Positions 23,311-35,325 of a stretch of 64,000 nt of DNA are shown here, in pieces. Each line of letters opens with the position of its first letter. Within the stretch, counting starts at the first letter, position 1. This stretch comes from Lama glama (taxonomy: Eukaryota): positions 97,528,001 through 97,592,000 of the forward strand of contig CM052817.1 in NCBI GenBank assembly GCA_028534125.1. The letters are read 5' to 3'. The notes below the pieces were generated by a model. That model searched no databases. It was given only the letters and a program-made list of their open reading frames with translations, and had not been told where the DNA came from. The translations under genes and the position numbers were made by a program.

Positions 23311-26254
23311 GGTTTACCTTTTGCAGAAATACTTGATATCAAAACTCTCTCCTTGTTTAAGAACAAATAGTAGTGAAGGTTAATAGTGTCTTAGTTTCCT
23401 AAATATATCAGCCTGGTAATGTGACCATCTGATTTACAATTTGTCATAAATTAGTATGTATCATTATAGTACTAGTATAGATGATATCTTAAAACAAAAA
23501 GAAAACCCTTATTTTTGTATCCCAGATAAACATGGGATTCTACCAGAAGCCAATGAGAATTGAACAAAAGCTTGATGTCTGTACCATAACCAAACACACA
23601 GTAAATTTCTCTCCGTCAATCCATCACTTCGCCTCTCTGACCCATCGCCACACAGAATCCACCGCAGGTTAAGGTGCCATCGGAACACGGGGCAGGCAGA
23701 GAAGGGCCTGGTGCCTGGGGAAGTGGGAGTGACGTTACACGAGCCCCGTGTGTCTGTGTTGGTTGGTTTTTAGCTGTCCCCTCTGCACGCCCAGCAACCC
23801 AATTACAAGAACAGCAATAACATCAGAAAGCATTTACTTAGTGCAGACAAAACATCATCTTGTTCTAGGTGGTTTAATTCATTATGTGTAATCCCATCCA
23901 AAACTCCGGGCAAAAACAACGTCTAGCTCGGTTTCTGCTCAGAGGGAAATGTCTAGCAGTGGGGACTTAACTTTCTGAACAATGTTAAGAAGCATTAGAA
24001 GAGAGCTGTTGCCCTGCTAATGTCACGGATCGATTCAACCAGTCCCTAAAGCGGAGGTCATGTTGGAACTGGGTGTTGGCTGCAAATGTGTCAGGAGAGG
24101 GAGGTGCTGGACACTTGACACAGAGGGAACTGACTTTGAAAAGAATCTACACAGGTTACAGCACAACACATTCAGGGAACAACTCGAACAAGCCTCGGCG
24201 TTTACCAGAGCCCCCGTACATTTCTCTCTCTCTCTGAAAAAAGAAAGCGAAAGACAAACATCCCAGTGACGTGGTGCTTATTTTTTCACTGAGCCCTTTC
24301 TATCAGCTCTTTGGCTCTCTTGTCTTTGTACGAGACCCCACCAGACATTCTAGTTTATAAGACTGCTGTTGGATGTAATGTTTATGTTCTAAATTGTAGA
24401 AAATCTCAATCAAGATCGCTATAAATTGGGTGGTCTTATTCAAAAGGCGACTGCATTTTCTATTAAAATCATATTTTAAAATGATACTTAAAAATAAACT
24501 AAATTTGAGGTTTTATATTTTTATACAGCGAATTTATTTATATTTTGTAATTTGCACAAGCTCTAAAGGATAGTCAATTCTGGCCCCTGATCAATTGTCT
24601 CCTTTTTAAGACAGCCAGTAAAATGAGATGATTATTTGACTTTGGAGTAAGAAGGGAAGCCTTTGCCATGGTTATGTCTATGATTACCAGTTTTCTTTTT
24701 AAAATCACACAGAGATAGCAGCATCCAGTTTTAAACTATTAAATAATAGGAGGACACCCTAAATAATGAATTTGCATTTATGAGAGAATGTGGTCTATGA
24801 CTCATAATTAAAACCAATAATTTTATTATTGTCTGTGAGGGAAAAGCTCACCTTCCTCTTAATGTTCAACATGAACAAAACAAGTCTGAACGTTTTTTTA
24901 TGTGAGGCATATTTTTATGTGAAGCCGTAACGTCCCAAACACAAGTAGGGCAGAGATGTAAGGAGACTTCGGTTTCTTCCGCACGCAAGGTGAGCACGTC
25001 TCCTAGGCTGAAGTGATGTGGTGTAGGAACATCACTTTGCAATGGCTGGCTTTTTCTTGGAAGAGCTGGTTTCAGGGCACATGTCCCTTTAAGAGGTTAC
25101 AGCTTCAGTTAATTGCGTGGGTGAGGTTTTGCCCACAGGATGCTACACTTTAAAATCTTTCTCCTTTGTCCCTTAGTATCTTTCTTATTCCTGGAAGGCT
25201 GCCTGCAAAGAAGGGCATGGTAGGAACCATAGCCACCTGTCCTTCCCCTGTTCTGTTTCATGAAGAGGATCAAGGTCAGTTTCTGGCTATGAAACGTACA
25301 AGCTGACCTCCAAACCAAGAGGAAGTACCAGCTCTACAATTTGTCCAGGAAACGCTAATCTTAATATTTCAAAGATGTGCATGCTTGATAACCTTTTAAA
25401 CGTCAAGCAGGCCAATGAATGTATTCTGTGGGAATGCCTTGGCATCTCTACAATGTAATGTACTTTGAAACTTACCGAATCAATGGAAAGAAAAGACTCA
25501 AATCATTTAAGTAGAATTTCATCCTACACCTCAGAATTCAAAACTCATGGCAGTCAGCAGAAGAAGGTGAACTTGCTACCTCTGTCCTGGTTTACCTCAT
25601 AAAGCCTTAAAAATGCAGCAAGACTATTCATTTAAATAAACGTTCACTTAAGTCCAGTAACTTCGGAATGCTCGAAAGATCAGTGTTTAGTTTTCTTGGC
25701 TCAGTGTGTCTGTTGCCTTTACAATTTGTTTGCTGCTTCAGCTGTACACACTGGAGAATGTATAAATTATGTGATGGCTTCCTCCTGGGGAAACCAAGTC
25801 ATTTTCAGAGTCACAATGTGACTCTAATCAACATGATATTGATTCAATAGCTTCAAGCCACAAAGCACTTTCTCTGTTTTACATAGCCACGTGGGTCATT
25901 TATTGCAGAGATTCCCAAACACTTCTGGTAGTGACATACCCCAAATTGCCTAATTTGCATAGCAGGTTGGAGTCAGCAGAGAGGATGCTCACGGTGGTAG
26001 GACTGAGGTGCCAGCTTCTCCAGCCTCCTCCCCACGAGCCTGAGAGCAAAGAGCCTTCATGTCTTGTACACTTACAGCCCATTCATAGGCACATCAGCTG
26101 ATTTATTCAGAACTATGTTATTAGCTCATCTGCCTAGTCCAAATACCCATTACCTACAGTCAATCACCGCATTTTAGAGTTGAATGGGACCTAAGGAAAA
26201 CTTTGGAGGGATCATTCAATTCACAGATGAGACGACCTAGGAACAAAGCAGCAG

Positions 26255-26490
26255 CAAGACAGAGTGGGGAAGAGGGTGACTATTGAAACAGAACTAGGTC
26301 TGAATCTTGGGGTTACTGTTTAGCACATCTGTGACCTTAACCATGTGGTACTAAGCCACTTGGAGTCTCCATGTCCTCACCTGCAAAGCAGTGATAATTA
26401 TACTTACTTAGGTCTAATATTTTGAGATTAGAAATAACGTTTGTGGGTTACATACCTAGCAGGGCATGTGGCACACGATTAACTGCTAAT
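26255..26490 (+). mobile_element. MIR SINE
   Basis: TCTGAATCTTGG...CTGTGACCTT...TCCTCACCTGCAAAGCAGTGATAATTATACTTACTT...CCTAGCAGGGCATGTGGCAC. Confidence 0.7.
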
Positions 26491-26622
26491 TTGCTAAGTG
26501 ACTTTCCCAGTTTATAGAGCAGGATGGGAAACCTGAATTAAAATTCGACACCTAGCTCCCAGCTTAGTGCACTGTTTGTACATTGCAATGTCTTAGATAT
26601 TTCAAAATATTTTGACCCCTTA

Positions 26623-26991
26623 TGTTAAGGATGAACGTTTGTGTCCCCATCACACCAAATTCATATGAAGCCTTAGGCCCCAAAGTGATGGTTTTAGGAG
26701 GTGGGGCCTTTAGGAGGTAATTAGGTTTAGGTGAAATCATAAGGGTGGAGCCCCTGTGATGAAATTAGTGTCCTTATAGGAAGAGGAAGAGACCACAATT
26801 CTCTTCTTCACGTGAGGACACAAAAAGAAGTCAGCCATCTGCAAACCAGGAAGAAGCCCCTCACCAGACAGCAAATCTGTAGGAACCTTGACCTTGGACT
26901 TCTAGACTCCAGAATTATGAGAAATAAATGTCTATCGTTTAAGTCACCCAGTCAACGGTGTTTGGTTACAGCAGCCAGAGCAGACCAAGAC
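26623..26991 (+). mobile_element. MaLR LTR (MLT1A0-like)
   Basis: TGTTAAGGATGAACGTTTGTGTCCCC...GGTGGGGCCTTTAGGAGGTAATTAGG...AGAAATAAATG...CAGCAGCCAGAGCAGACCAAGAC. Confidence 0.85.
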
Positions 26992-27717
26992 TCTTTACTT
27001 CTACATACTTGAGTTTCCTAATGTTCCTGTCTCTTACCAACTTAGTGGTTATCAACTCCCAGTTCATTGTAGCAAGTAAACCCAAGAGAAAAGAGATCTT
27101 GTGGTAAGAATCCTAAAAGCAAACCAATATTTGGAGAGCACTTGTAGTCTTCAGAGTGATTTCATAGATTTGGAGCCTCCGAATAACTTTGAGGAGTTGC
27201 AACCATCAACGTTTTCACCACCTTGGATGTACAGCGGAGGCAGCCTCAGTCAAAGAAGCAAAGTATGGCCAAGGTCTATCGCCTCTGCATGACAGGACTC
27301 TGAATCTGTCCCAAATCCTGGGTTTTCATCGCTCTAAGTGTTTCACTGCTGGATTTTACAGTTGACGATAGATGAATATGCTGATGGTCCAAACCCCTCA
27401 CAAGTGGATCAGGACATAAGTGACTAGAGAAGTAGGACTAAGACATGCAATGATGGTGGAGAAGGAGGTTACAATGGAAGTCTGAAGGATGGGAGCAGAC
27501 ATGGGAGGAAACTGGAGTGCTGGGAGCCAAGAAGTGGATGAGCTGAAGGCTTCTCCAGATGTTTTTCAAGCCATCCAGGATCATTTTAATTTGCTAAGAA
27601 TACTGTGATTGAAAGCAAGGTGCCACCTACCAGTAACACACTATGCCTTAGGCACAGGCTAATGTTTCTCGTGTTCTGATGAGGTGAGGGAGTATTCTAC
27701 CAAGCATTCCCTAGCTC

Positions 27718-27765
27718 TTAATTAAACTAAATTAATTAATTAAACTAAATTAAACTGAATTAAAA
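27718..27765. repeat. AT-rich short tandem repeat (AATTAAACTA-like units)
   Basis: TTAATTAAACTAAATTAATTAATTAAACTAAATTAAACTGAATTAAAA. Confidence 0.8.
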
Positions 27766-28059
27766 GTTGAAGGGATATGTCAAAAAAGAGTTGAAATGAT
27801 CAACTTCAATCAATATGCACGATATGTGTGACAATGTAAATTGATATATGCTAAATGTTCATTTGGAGGACTGAGTCATCCTGCAAAGTTTCTAAGTTTA
27901 TTTACCTCATTTTGAAGATGGAGGAGCTATATACAAATAAAAGGGGTTAAGACTAATATAAAAAAATTACAGGAATGAGTTCACATATATTTAACTTTGT
28001 GGGATCTTAAGAAAACATATGCTGACTTTACCAAAATAGATTAAAAATAGAGGAATGGA

Positions 28060-28228
28060 CCCAATCAAAGAATGGGCAGAAGACCTAAATTGACATTTCC
28101 CCAACGAAGACATCCAGATGGCCAACAGGCACATGAACAGATGCTCAATATTGCCAATTATGAGGCAAATGCAAATCAAAACTACAAAGAGGTATCACCT
28201 CACACCGGTCAGAATGGCCATCATTAAA
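28060..28228 (+). mobile_element. Internal L1 ORF2 3'-region fragment, no 3'UTR/polyA, flanked by TSD-like direct repeats
   Basis: CCAATCAAAGAATGGGCAGAAGACCTAAAT...CAAATCAAAACTACAAAGAGGTATCACCTCACACCGGTCAGAATGGCCATCATTAAA; flanks AATAGAGGAATGGACC / AATAGAGGACTGGTCC. Confidence 0.85.
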
Positions 28229-28744
28229 GAATAGAGGACTGGTCCAGTGAAATCTGCCTTCCAATCCTTAAGCAGGAATTGGTACAGACCCCCAACCCCC
28301 TGAGGAGTGCTAATTTTTGACTCCTCACCAAATCACTTTGTTCTTTCTAGACAAAACTTTCTCATTTGTGAGAGGTTGCACTAGCCTTCCGCTTAGCATT
28401 TCACTCTAAACTGACCTAATAGAATGATCTAGGTACCAAATGGTGGAAATAATTTCAATTAATTGGGCATACAATATATATCAGATATTCTGCTGAACTC
28501 TGTGGGTATGTGTACGTGTGTGTGTGCCTGCAAGCGTATTATCTGTAGCCTGCACTATGGCCAGGCAAAGTGAATTGTGTAAGTCTCATATGACAGGGAA
28601 CTAGGGCTCAGCTCACTCGGTGATTGGCTTAGATTAGAATCCAGCCTTGTCTGCTTGTAAAGCCTATGTTCTTCCTTCACCATACACATTCCCAAGGGGT
28701 GTGCAGATGTTTGATATCCAAGCCAGTTTAAATACACAGTGCGA

Positions 28745-28880
28745 TTCACTCATCTATTCTACAAATATTGACTGCAATTTTATTATGTTCCAGGTACTGT
28801 GATAAGATCTGAGTCTACAGTGATGAACACAGCCAGCCAGGGGCCCCTACCCACATGGAGTTTTACCATCTTGTTGGAGG
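28745..28880 (-). mobile_element. L2 3' end
   Basis: TTCACTCATCTATTCTACAAATATTGACTGC...ATGTTCCAGGTACTGTG...GTGATGAACACAG. Confidence 0.6.
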
Positions 28881-30621
28881 AGTTTGGTGTTAAGGATTTT
28901 AGTAAGGAGAAAAACGCAGATGGTGGTTATCGATAGGTGCTATTTCAAGTCTCCAAATGTTTACTTTAAGAGAAGAAAAAAGATGATAGCTATGAAAATT
29001 AAGAATATAATGCAGCCATTTTGATTCTTGCATTTTTGTCTCTAGAGGTTGCAAAGATGTTCCTTATGGAGATATTCTTTCAACTGCTTCTTCAAAAGAT
29101 AAAGTCATTCTTCCCAAGTAAACATATGAGGCTGAATTCTCCCTTTGAAGACTCACCATAGGTAGTCTCCTTAACTGCTCCCTGAGAGTCGGGGTCTTTG
29201 ACTACATCCAGAATTAAAAAGAATTAAGAATATTTCCCACTGTTGCAAAGAAGTTACTTTAAAAATCCTGATACCATGAGAGGCCCAGGTTCACCATTTC
29301 TAGGAGCTGACTTTTTTTCCTTGACATTTTTAGCATTGTTATTAGCAGAAAATTAAACAGCTCTGAGTATTTATTTACTTTGGGAAATGTGAACAAATTG
29401 AGTCAGATTTATGTATCTAATTAATCATTAAAATGTATAGTCACCTCCCATATGTTTCCTTTCATTTCAAAATATAACGTGACAGAGCTACTATTCTTTG
29501 TCCTAGGTACTAACGAATGAGATTTGTGGTCTTTAGTCTCTCCTTGACCTCATCCCACTGTCAACCTCTCTGCCTTAGTCATGCTACATTTGGTCACTTC
29601 TTGAACCTAATAGTCACCACAGCTTCGCCCCATTCATGGCTAAACCCGACCTGGCTTTGACGCACCTGTTTCCATTTTAAATGAATCTCAAAGTGAAAGA
29701 TAATCACTCTTCCTGAGTGAAAATCTTTCAGTCAAGTGGAGAACTTGACTGTGGCATTTTTGGTTTCCTTTAAGCAGACTTGCCCAGATGTGCCTGAGAA
29801 AGTGTGTCAAAAGGAAAAAAGATCCAAATAAAGGCACTAATGAAGCCAGGAATAGTTGCCTATTGTTCTTGACTCTTAGATCCTTTCTTTAAAACGAGAT
29901 GCTTGACTGAGAAGGATTCAAGTGCTTGCTTTTCTTGACAAAGGCTAACTCAGTGTGTTGACATAATTGTGCAAAAGTGCCTTACCGGAGTGCCAAATAA
30001 AACAACCAGACATAAGCCCCAATCGATGTTGCACTGACAAATACCATTTAATACGTCTTAAGATTTTGAGCTAATACACATTATTCCTAAGAGATTTAGA
30101 AATTGAAATCACTGGAGACAAATCTCGCCTTCACGTCTCTTGATGTTTTCACGTCCTGACTTTAGGCCATGATCTCTTGTGGTATTGTCAGGGTTTCCAT
30201 TATGTACTCAACTCTTGGATTTCTATTCTTCTACTTACCCTGTTTTACTTATAGCCTGGGGCCCACAGGAGTGGAAGGAAGCCTGACATTCAGATTTTGC
30301 TAAAGGGAAAGGCCATTTAAATAAAACTCTCAAGAGCCCGAGTTCCTGACTTAGGGGTTGGAGGTTATCAAGCCAACTTTCTCCAAGTATTAAAAGTGAC
30401 TTCAGGGTGTAGAGACCATTGTCCTTACATTAAAATAGGTGATCTCCATCTCCAGGATGGAGAGTTGGTTCCTCCTGCATTTCTTACCATGTGGCAGAGC
30501 AGAGTCCCTCTCCGAACCCTCCCTGACTTCAAAAGAAACGTCCACCTAGTGTCAGGGTCAGGGTGGAGTTAGAGAATTTAGGCAAAGTCTCTCTTTTCTA
30601 GAAAAAAATATGTAATGTATA

Positions 30622-30725
30622 GAAATATGTATGTATATTCATATATAACTGAAAAATTGTGCTGTACACTGGAATTTGACACAACATTGTAAAATGATTA
30701 TAAATCAGTAAAAATGTTAAAAAAA
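30622..30725 (+). mobile_element. Very short L1 3' tail with 18-bp direct repeats
   Basis: ACTGAAAAATTGTGCTGTACACTGGAATTTGACACAACATTGTAAAATG; AGAAATATGTATGTATAT at 30621-30638 and 30725-30742. Confidence 0.8.
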
Positions 30726-30852
30726 GAAATATGTATGTATATAACATATATAGAAAGGTATCTAGATTTCTATATGTAGATTGCTATAGAAATCTTACAT
30801 GTCTCCATATAGAACATGTAAGAAACTGATACAGAGAAACTTTTCCAGAGAC

Positions 30853-30888
<36 letters not shown>

Positions 30889-30953
30889 GTGTGTTTGTCT
30901 ACCTTTCACTAGTTGAATTGGCAAAGGGTGACTATATTTATGATACATTAATC

Positions 30954-30987
<34 letters not shown>

Positions 30988-30990
30988 TAT
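30853..30990. repeat. Compound (TA)n/(TG)n/(CA)n microsatellite split by a 59-bp unique insert
   Basis: (TA)n 30853-30878, then TATG/TG units, insert 30897-30955, then (TA)n(CA)n to ~30990. Confidence 0.9.
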
Positions 30991-31024
30991 AAATTTTGGA
31001 AATATAAGGCAGCAGTTCATTTCC

Positions 31025-31245
31025 ATTGTGGAGGAAAGAATGCTGAACTCTGAGTTAGAAAACCTGAACGTTTCCTAGTCATGGGACCTTGAGAAGCACG
31101 TGCAATCTCTAAACCCAGATTAGTTTCCTCATTGGTACACTAACTCGTGTCCTGCTCACTAGGTTCTTGTGAGCGTGAAATAAAGTAATATACATAAAAG
31201 TGACTTAAAACCCTGTGATGCCCTCTGCAATGGTAAGGTATTAAG
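31025..31245 (+). mobile_element. MIR SINE
   Basis: GGAAAGAATGCTGAACTCTGAGTTAGAAAACCTG...GGGACCTTGAGAAG...AGTTTCCTCATT...GTTCTTGTGAGCGTGAAATAAAGTAATATACATAAAAGTG. Confidence 0.7.
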
Positions 31246-33334
31246 TATGACACCTGCTTTTACTCGCCTGCACTGGGTCCCCACCTTAGCTTATGTGCCT
31301 TAAGGACAGAAGCGGAGCTCGACAAAATTTATATTGGAAGCCAAAGGAAAACGTGACTTGATCTATAAAAATATTTGTTTTGTCTACAACGTTTACAGCT
31401 AAAGGAGCAAAAAGAAAATGCATTTGTGTGAATATGTAGAGAAGAATGTTTGCCGATGAAGTAGAAAAAGCAAAGGTTAGCCTCATCGAGGGAGTAATTA
31501 CACATTTCAGGGTGAAAAGTGCAAGTCGCAGGAGATGCCTGTGCACGGGTGCCAGGACAGCTGTGGGCTGAATCTCAGCAGCCTGGCCCACTGGTATCAG
31601 CTCTGCTGTCACTCATCACCTGCTCCTCCCTCTGCCATCCTGGGGAAGCCATGGAGACTCCTGGCATGCACCCACAGCAAGCTGTAGTTTGGATTTTCTC
31701 TTAGCCACATATCAACAAGCTGAAATGACCTCAGTTACATTGGACAGTGAGGCAGGGTAATGTATCTGAACTGATTTGGGTTCACCCCCTAAACATCAAG
31801 ATTAGTACCTATTTTCATGCCACACTTGTTTCATCAGGAAACCTGCAAAGCCTGTGCCCCCTGGAATAACCATCACGTTTTCAGTGGGTTCAGTTTAGCT
31901 CAGAACCATTCGCCTTTGCCTGCTTTCTTTCCTTCCTTGGCCAAAGACACCCAGGTGAGTTTGCTGGCACTGCCTTCTATGTTTCTCTAATCAGTCTGCA
32001 CAAGTGTGCACAGCCTGCAGGCTGCACTGCCATCCCTGAGGTTTCCCAGCTACACCCAGACACCAACCACAAAGGCAAGTGACACGCTCTCCTTCGAGCC
32101 CCGGTTCAGAACGGCCTGCCCCTCTCAGTTTCTCCTGTGCAAACATGGCTGCTGGTTGGCGCTGTGTTTACACGCTGGTGTGTTTGCTGAAATTCTGCCC
32201 GACCTCTGGAGGTTGTGTTTTCTCAACCATGATTTCTGGGTTTTATACTATGTGTATGTTTAGGGCTTGGAATAGAGAAGAATTATTGGTATTTTTATAG
32301 TTTGGAGCTACTTCCTCAAAAACCCAATTGCATATTAATATTACCTAGGCACTATGTATCCTAGATTCTCTGTTCTAAATATTTTGATATCCCTTTTGGG
32401 AAAGGAGGCAGTTTAAACATTTCTGCAATAGGTTAAGTGTGCAGAGGCCACCAGAATAAATTTGTGACATTTCCCTGCCAAACAAGTATTAAGATGTGGC
32501 CTATTAAAAGTTTAATTGAAATTGAATGGAGTCATTTTTAAATTAGCAGAACAGCAGCAAGTAATAAAAATATGGTAGCATTTTGGCACACGTTCTGGTA
32601 TTCATATATTCACAAGTCTACCTTTCACTTGTTGAAATGGCAAAGGGTGACTATATTTATGATATATTAATCATGTTTATGTTTCCTAGAACCACAAATT
32701 CAGGTCCAAGTACGCTTGCTTAAGTCTTATATATTTAGGAGAAATAATTTATATTTTCTAAAATTCCCAGGTCAGAAATTTTGCATAGCATTTACAAAAT
32801 GAATCTCTTCTATTTCATATGTGATTAAAATGCAGTGGAAATTTTCAGAAAGGTTACTTTCTACCTTGTTCATGGGTAGAATTTCTGGAATGCTAGTGTA
32901 TACTTTAAGAAGTTATTTCTTACAAACATATTTAACATGTATGTGTTTAGAAGAATTTTGTTTAGTGTCAGTATCAGATATTAAGAGAAAAATATTCATA
33001 GCTGTGAAAAAGACAATATTTGCAATTATATTTACCTTTATACAATATTTGCATTCTTGAAAATTTACATATTCTCAAGAAATGCAATATTTCTAGAGAT
33101 GCATTATTTTTCCACTGACTTAATAGCAGTTTCAGACATATGTTTTCATAGAGACTTATCTTTCAAACAACATACAAATCATTTTTCAGAATGTGATAAA
33201 CCTCTTTTCTTCTTTGTACATTTTCCTCCAAAAGTCTACAGTATATACGAATTGCTTTTATTGTAAGAAAATGTATTTAATTGTTGTCTAAGTTTGATGA
33301 AATTTCAAGAAATATCTAACACAAGATTAGCTTG

Positions 33335-33755
33335 TTAAACCAGTGCATATTCATACCATGAATTAATACTCAGCCACTAAAATTCATAAGAGAATATTTA
33401 TGACATGAGAAAATACAAACAATATATTACACAATAAAGGTCTATTGCAAAATGGTGAAAAATAAATTTTGAAAGAAAATGATGTGTGTACCTGTGGATA
33501 GAGAAAAAAGAAATGAAATATTCACCGTAGTTGTCTCTGAGCGGTAGGAATGTGGGTGCGTTGGTTCTTTTTAAACGTTCCTACATTTTCCAAGTTCCTC
33601 TGAGAATTGTATATTATTTCATAAGTAGGAAATTTATATATATTTTAGAGTGGTAGGAATGTAGATGCTTTTGTTCTTTTTAAGACTTTCCTACATTTTC
33701 CAAGTTTGTCTGAGAATTGTATAGTATTCCATAAGCGGGAAGTACCTATAATTTA
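33335..33755 (+). mobile_element. Old L1ME 3' end whose terminal ~109 bp is tandemly duplicated
   Basis: ATATATTCATACCATGAATTAATACTCAGCCACTAAA...CCGTAGTTGTCTCTGAGCGGTAGGAAT; unit at 33539-33647 repeated at 33648-33755. Confidence 0.7.
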
Positions 33756-33982
33756 AAATGAGTAGGTTGTGCTTATATAGGTCTTTGAAAATTCCATGTT
33801 TAGCAGGCATGATAAGGAGAGTGCATGAGGTCTATGCACAGAGATCAGAACAAACAAATTCACAGTGTAAAACAGGACATTACATTCGACGAAGGGCAGG
33901 TAGGATCTAGAGAGCTGAAAAGGTAGACAGGGTCAGAGCACGTGAAAGCTCTAAACCAAGCTAAGAAATGTAGACTCCATAC

Positions 33983-34115
33983 AGGGTGACCATACATACT
34001 GGTTTACCTAAAAGTCCCATTTTAGTCCCATGGTAGCAGCAGAATTAATAATAGCATCCTCTTTTATTATCAACATTGTCTAGGTTTAGATGATAAATTA
34101 TTTGATCATCTTATA
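33983..34115. mobile_element. hAT-Blackjack MITE (MER81/MER94-like)
   Basis: AGGGTGACCATACATACTGGTTTACC...GATGATAAATTATTTGATCATCTTA. Confidence 0.55.
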
Positions 34116-34382
34116 TAGTGGAAAACCACTAAAGGTTTATTACTTGGAGATTGACACAATCAGATTTATTTTTTGGAAAGACAGCCTTGGCCACACTGTG
34201 AAAAATGAATTGGGGGGGGGTTGCCAGAGTGTGGGCAGGGAGATCAATTAGGGCATTACCGTAGTTTATGGGAACTAAGGAGTCAGGTTAGTGTGGAGGG
34301 GACAGGAGAGAAAATTCATATGGAAGAGCAGGTTTAGACATTCATATAGGAGAAATGTTTGATATTTTTAAGTAGATGTGGT

Positions 34383-35102
34383 TTTTTATTTTTTAACTGA
34401 AGTATAGTTGATTTACAATGTTGGGTTAGTTTCTGGTGTACAGCAAAGTGATTCAGTTATATATATGTATATACACATATTCTTTTTCATATTCTTTTCC
34501 ATTATGGTTTATTACAGGATATTAAAGATAGTTTCCTGTGCAATACAATAGGACCTTGTTGTTTGTCTATTTTATATATAGTAGTTTGTATCTGCTAATC
34601 CCAAACTCCTAATTTATCCCTTTCCTAGCCCTTTTCCCCTCTGGCAACCATAAGTATGTTTTCTATGTTTGTGAGTCTCTTGCTGATTCATAAATAAGTT
34701 CATTTGTGTCATATTTTGGACTCCACATATAAGTGATACATGGTATTTGTCTTTCTCGTTCTGACTTCCTTCACGTAGTATGATAATCTCTAGGTCCATC
34801 TATGTTGCTGTAAATGGCATTGTTTTATTCTTTTTTATAGCTGAGTAGTATTCCATTGTGTATATGTACCACATCTTCTTTATCTATTCATCTGTCAGTG
34901 GACATTTAGATTGCTTCTATGTCTTGGCTATTGTAAATAGTGCTGGTATGAACACTGGGGTGCATACATCTTTTCAAATTAGAGTTTTCTCCAGATATAT
35001 GCTGAGGAATGGGACTGCTGAATTTTACGGTAAGCCTATTTTTAGTTTTTTAAGAAACCTCCATACCGTTCTCCCTAGTGAATTGCTGTACCAATTTACA
35101 TT
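34383..35102 (-). mobile_element. Artiodactyl-type L1 3' end (~720 bp)
   Basis: TTTTTAACTGAAGTATAGTTGATTTACAATGTTG...TGTACAGCAAAGTGATTCAG...AAGAAACCTCCATACCGTTCTCC...TGTACCAATTTACATT. Confidence 0.92.
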
Positions 35103-35142
35103 GGGGTGGGTTTTTTAAAAATGTCATTTGTAGGAAGTTCTA

Positions 35143-35325
35143 GAGCAGCACTGTCCAAAAGAAATTTCTGCGTTCATGAAAATGTTCTCTATTTGTGTTG
35201 TCCATTATGGTAACCACTAGCCACACGTGGGTAGGGAGAACTTGAGATTGAGTTTTAAATTATATTAAATTTTAATTAATTTGAATTTGAGTAGCTCCAT
35301 GTATCAGGGCTTCTGTCCTGGACAA
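35143..35325. mobile_element. MER3-like hAT-Charlie MITE
   Basis: CAGCACTGTCCAAAAGAAATTTCTGCG...AAATGTTCTCTATTTGTGTTGTCC...GTAACCACTAGCCACACGTGG. Confidence 0.75.

Noticed and set aside
24961..25037. Two adjacent short hairpins (AGGAGAC/GTCTCCT; AAGTGATGT/ACATCACTT) suggesting an H/ACA RNA or pre-miRNA
   Set aside because: Stems are only 7-9 bp, with no ANANNA hinge and no properly placed ACA.
34614..35118. ORFs resembling database 'uncharacterised proteins' (MDLEIIIL..., MYMYHIFFI...)
   Set aside because: Translations of the L1 ORF2 end/3'UTR and its antisense strand.
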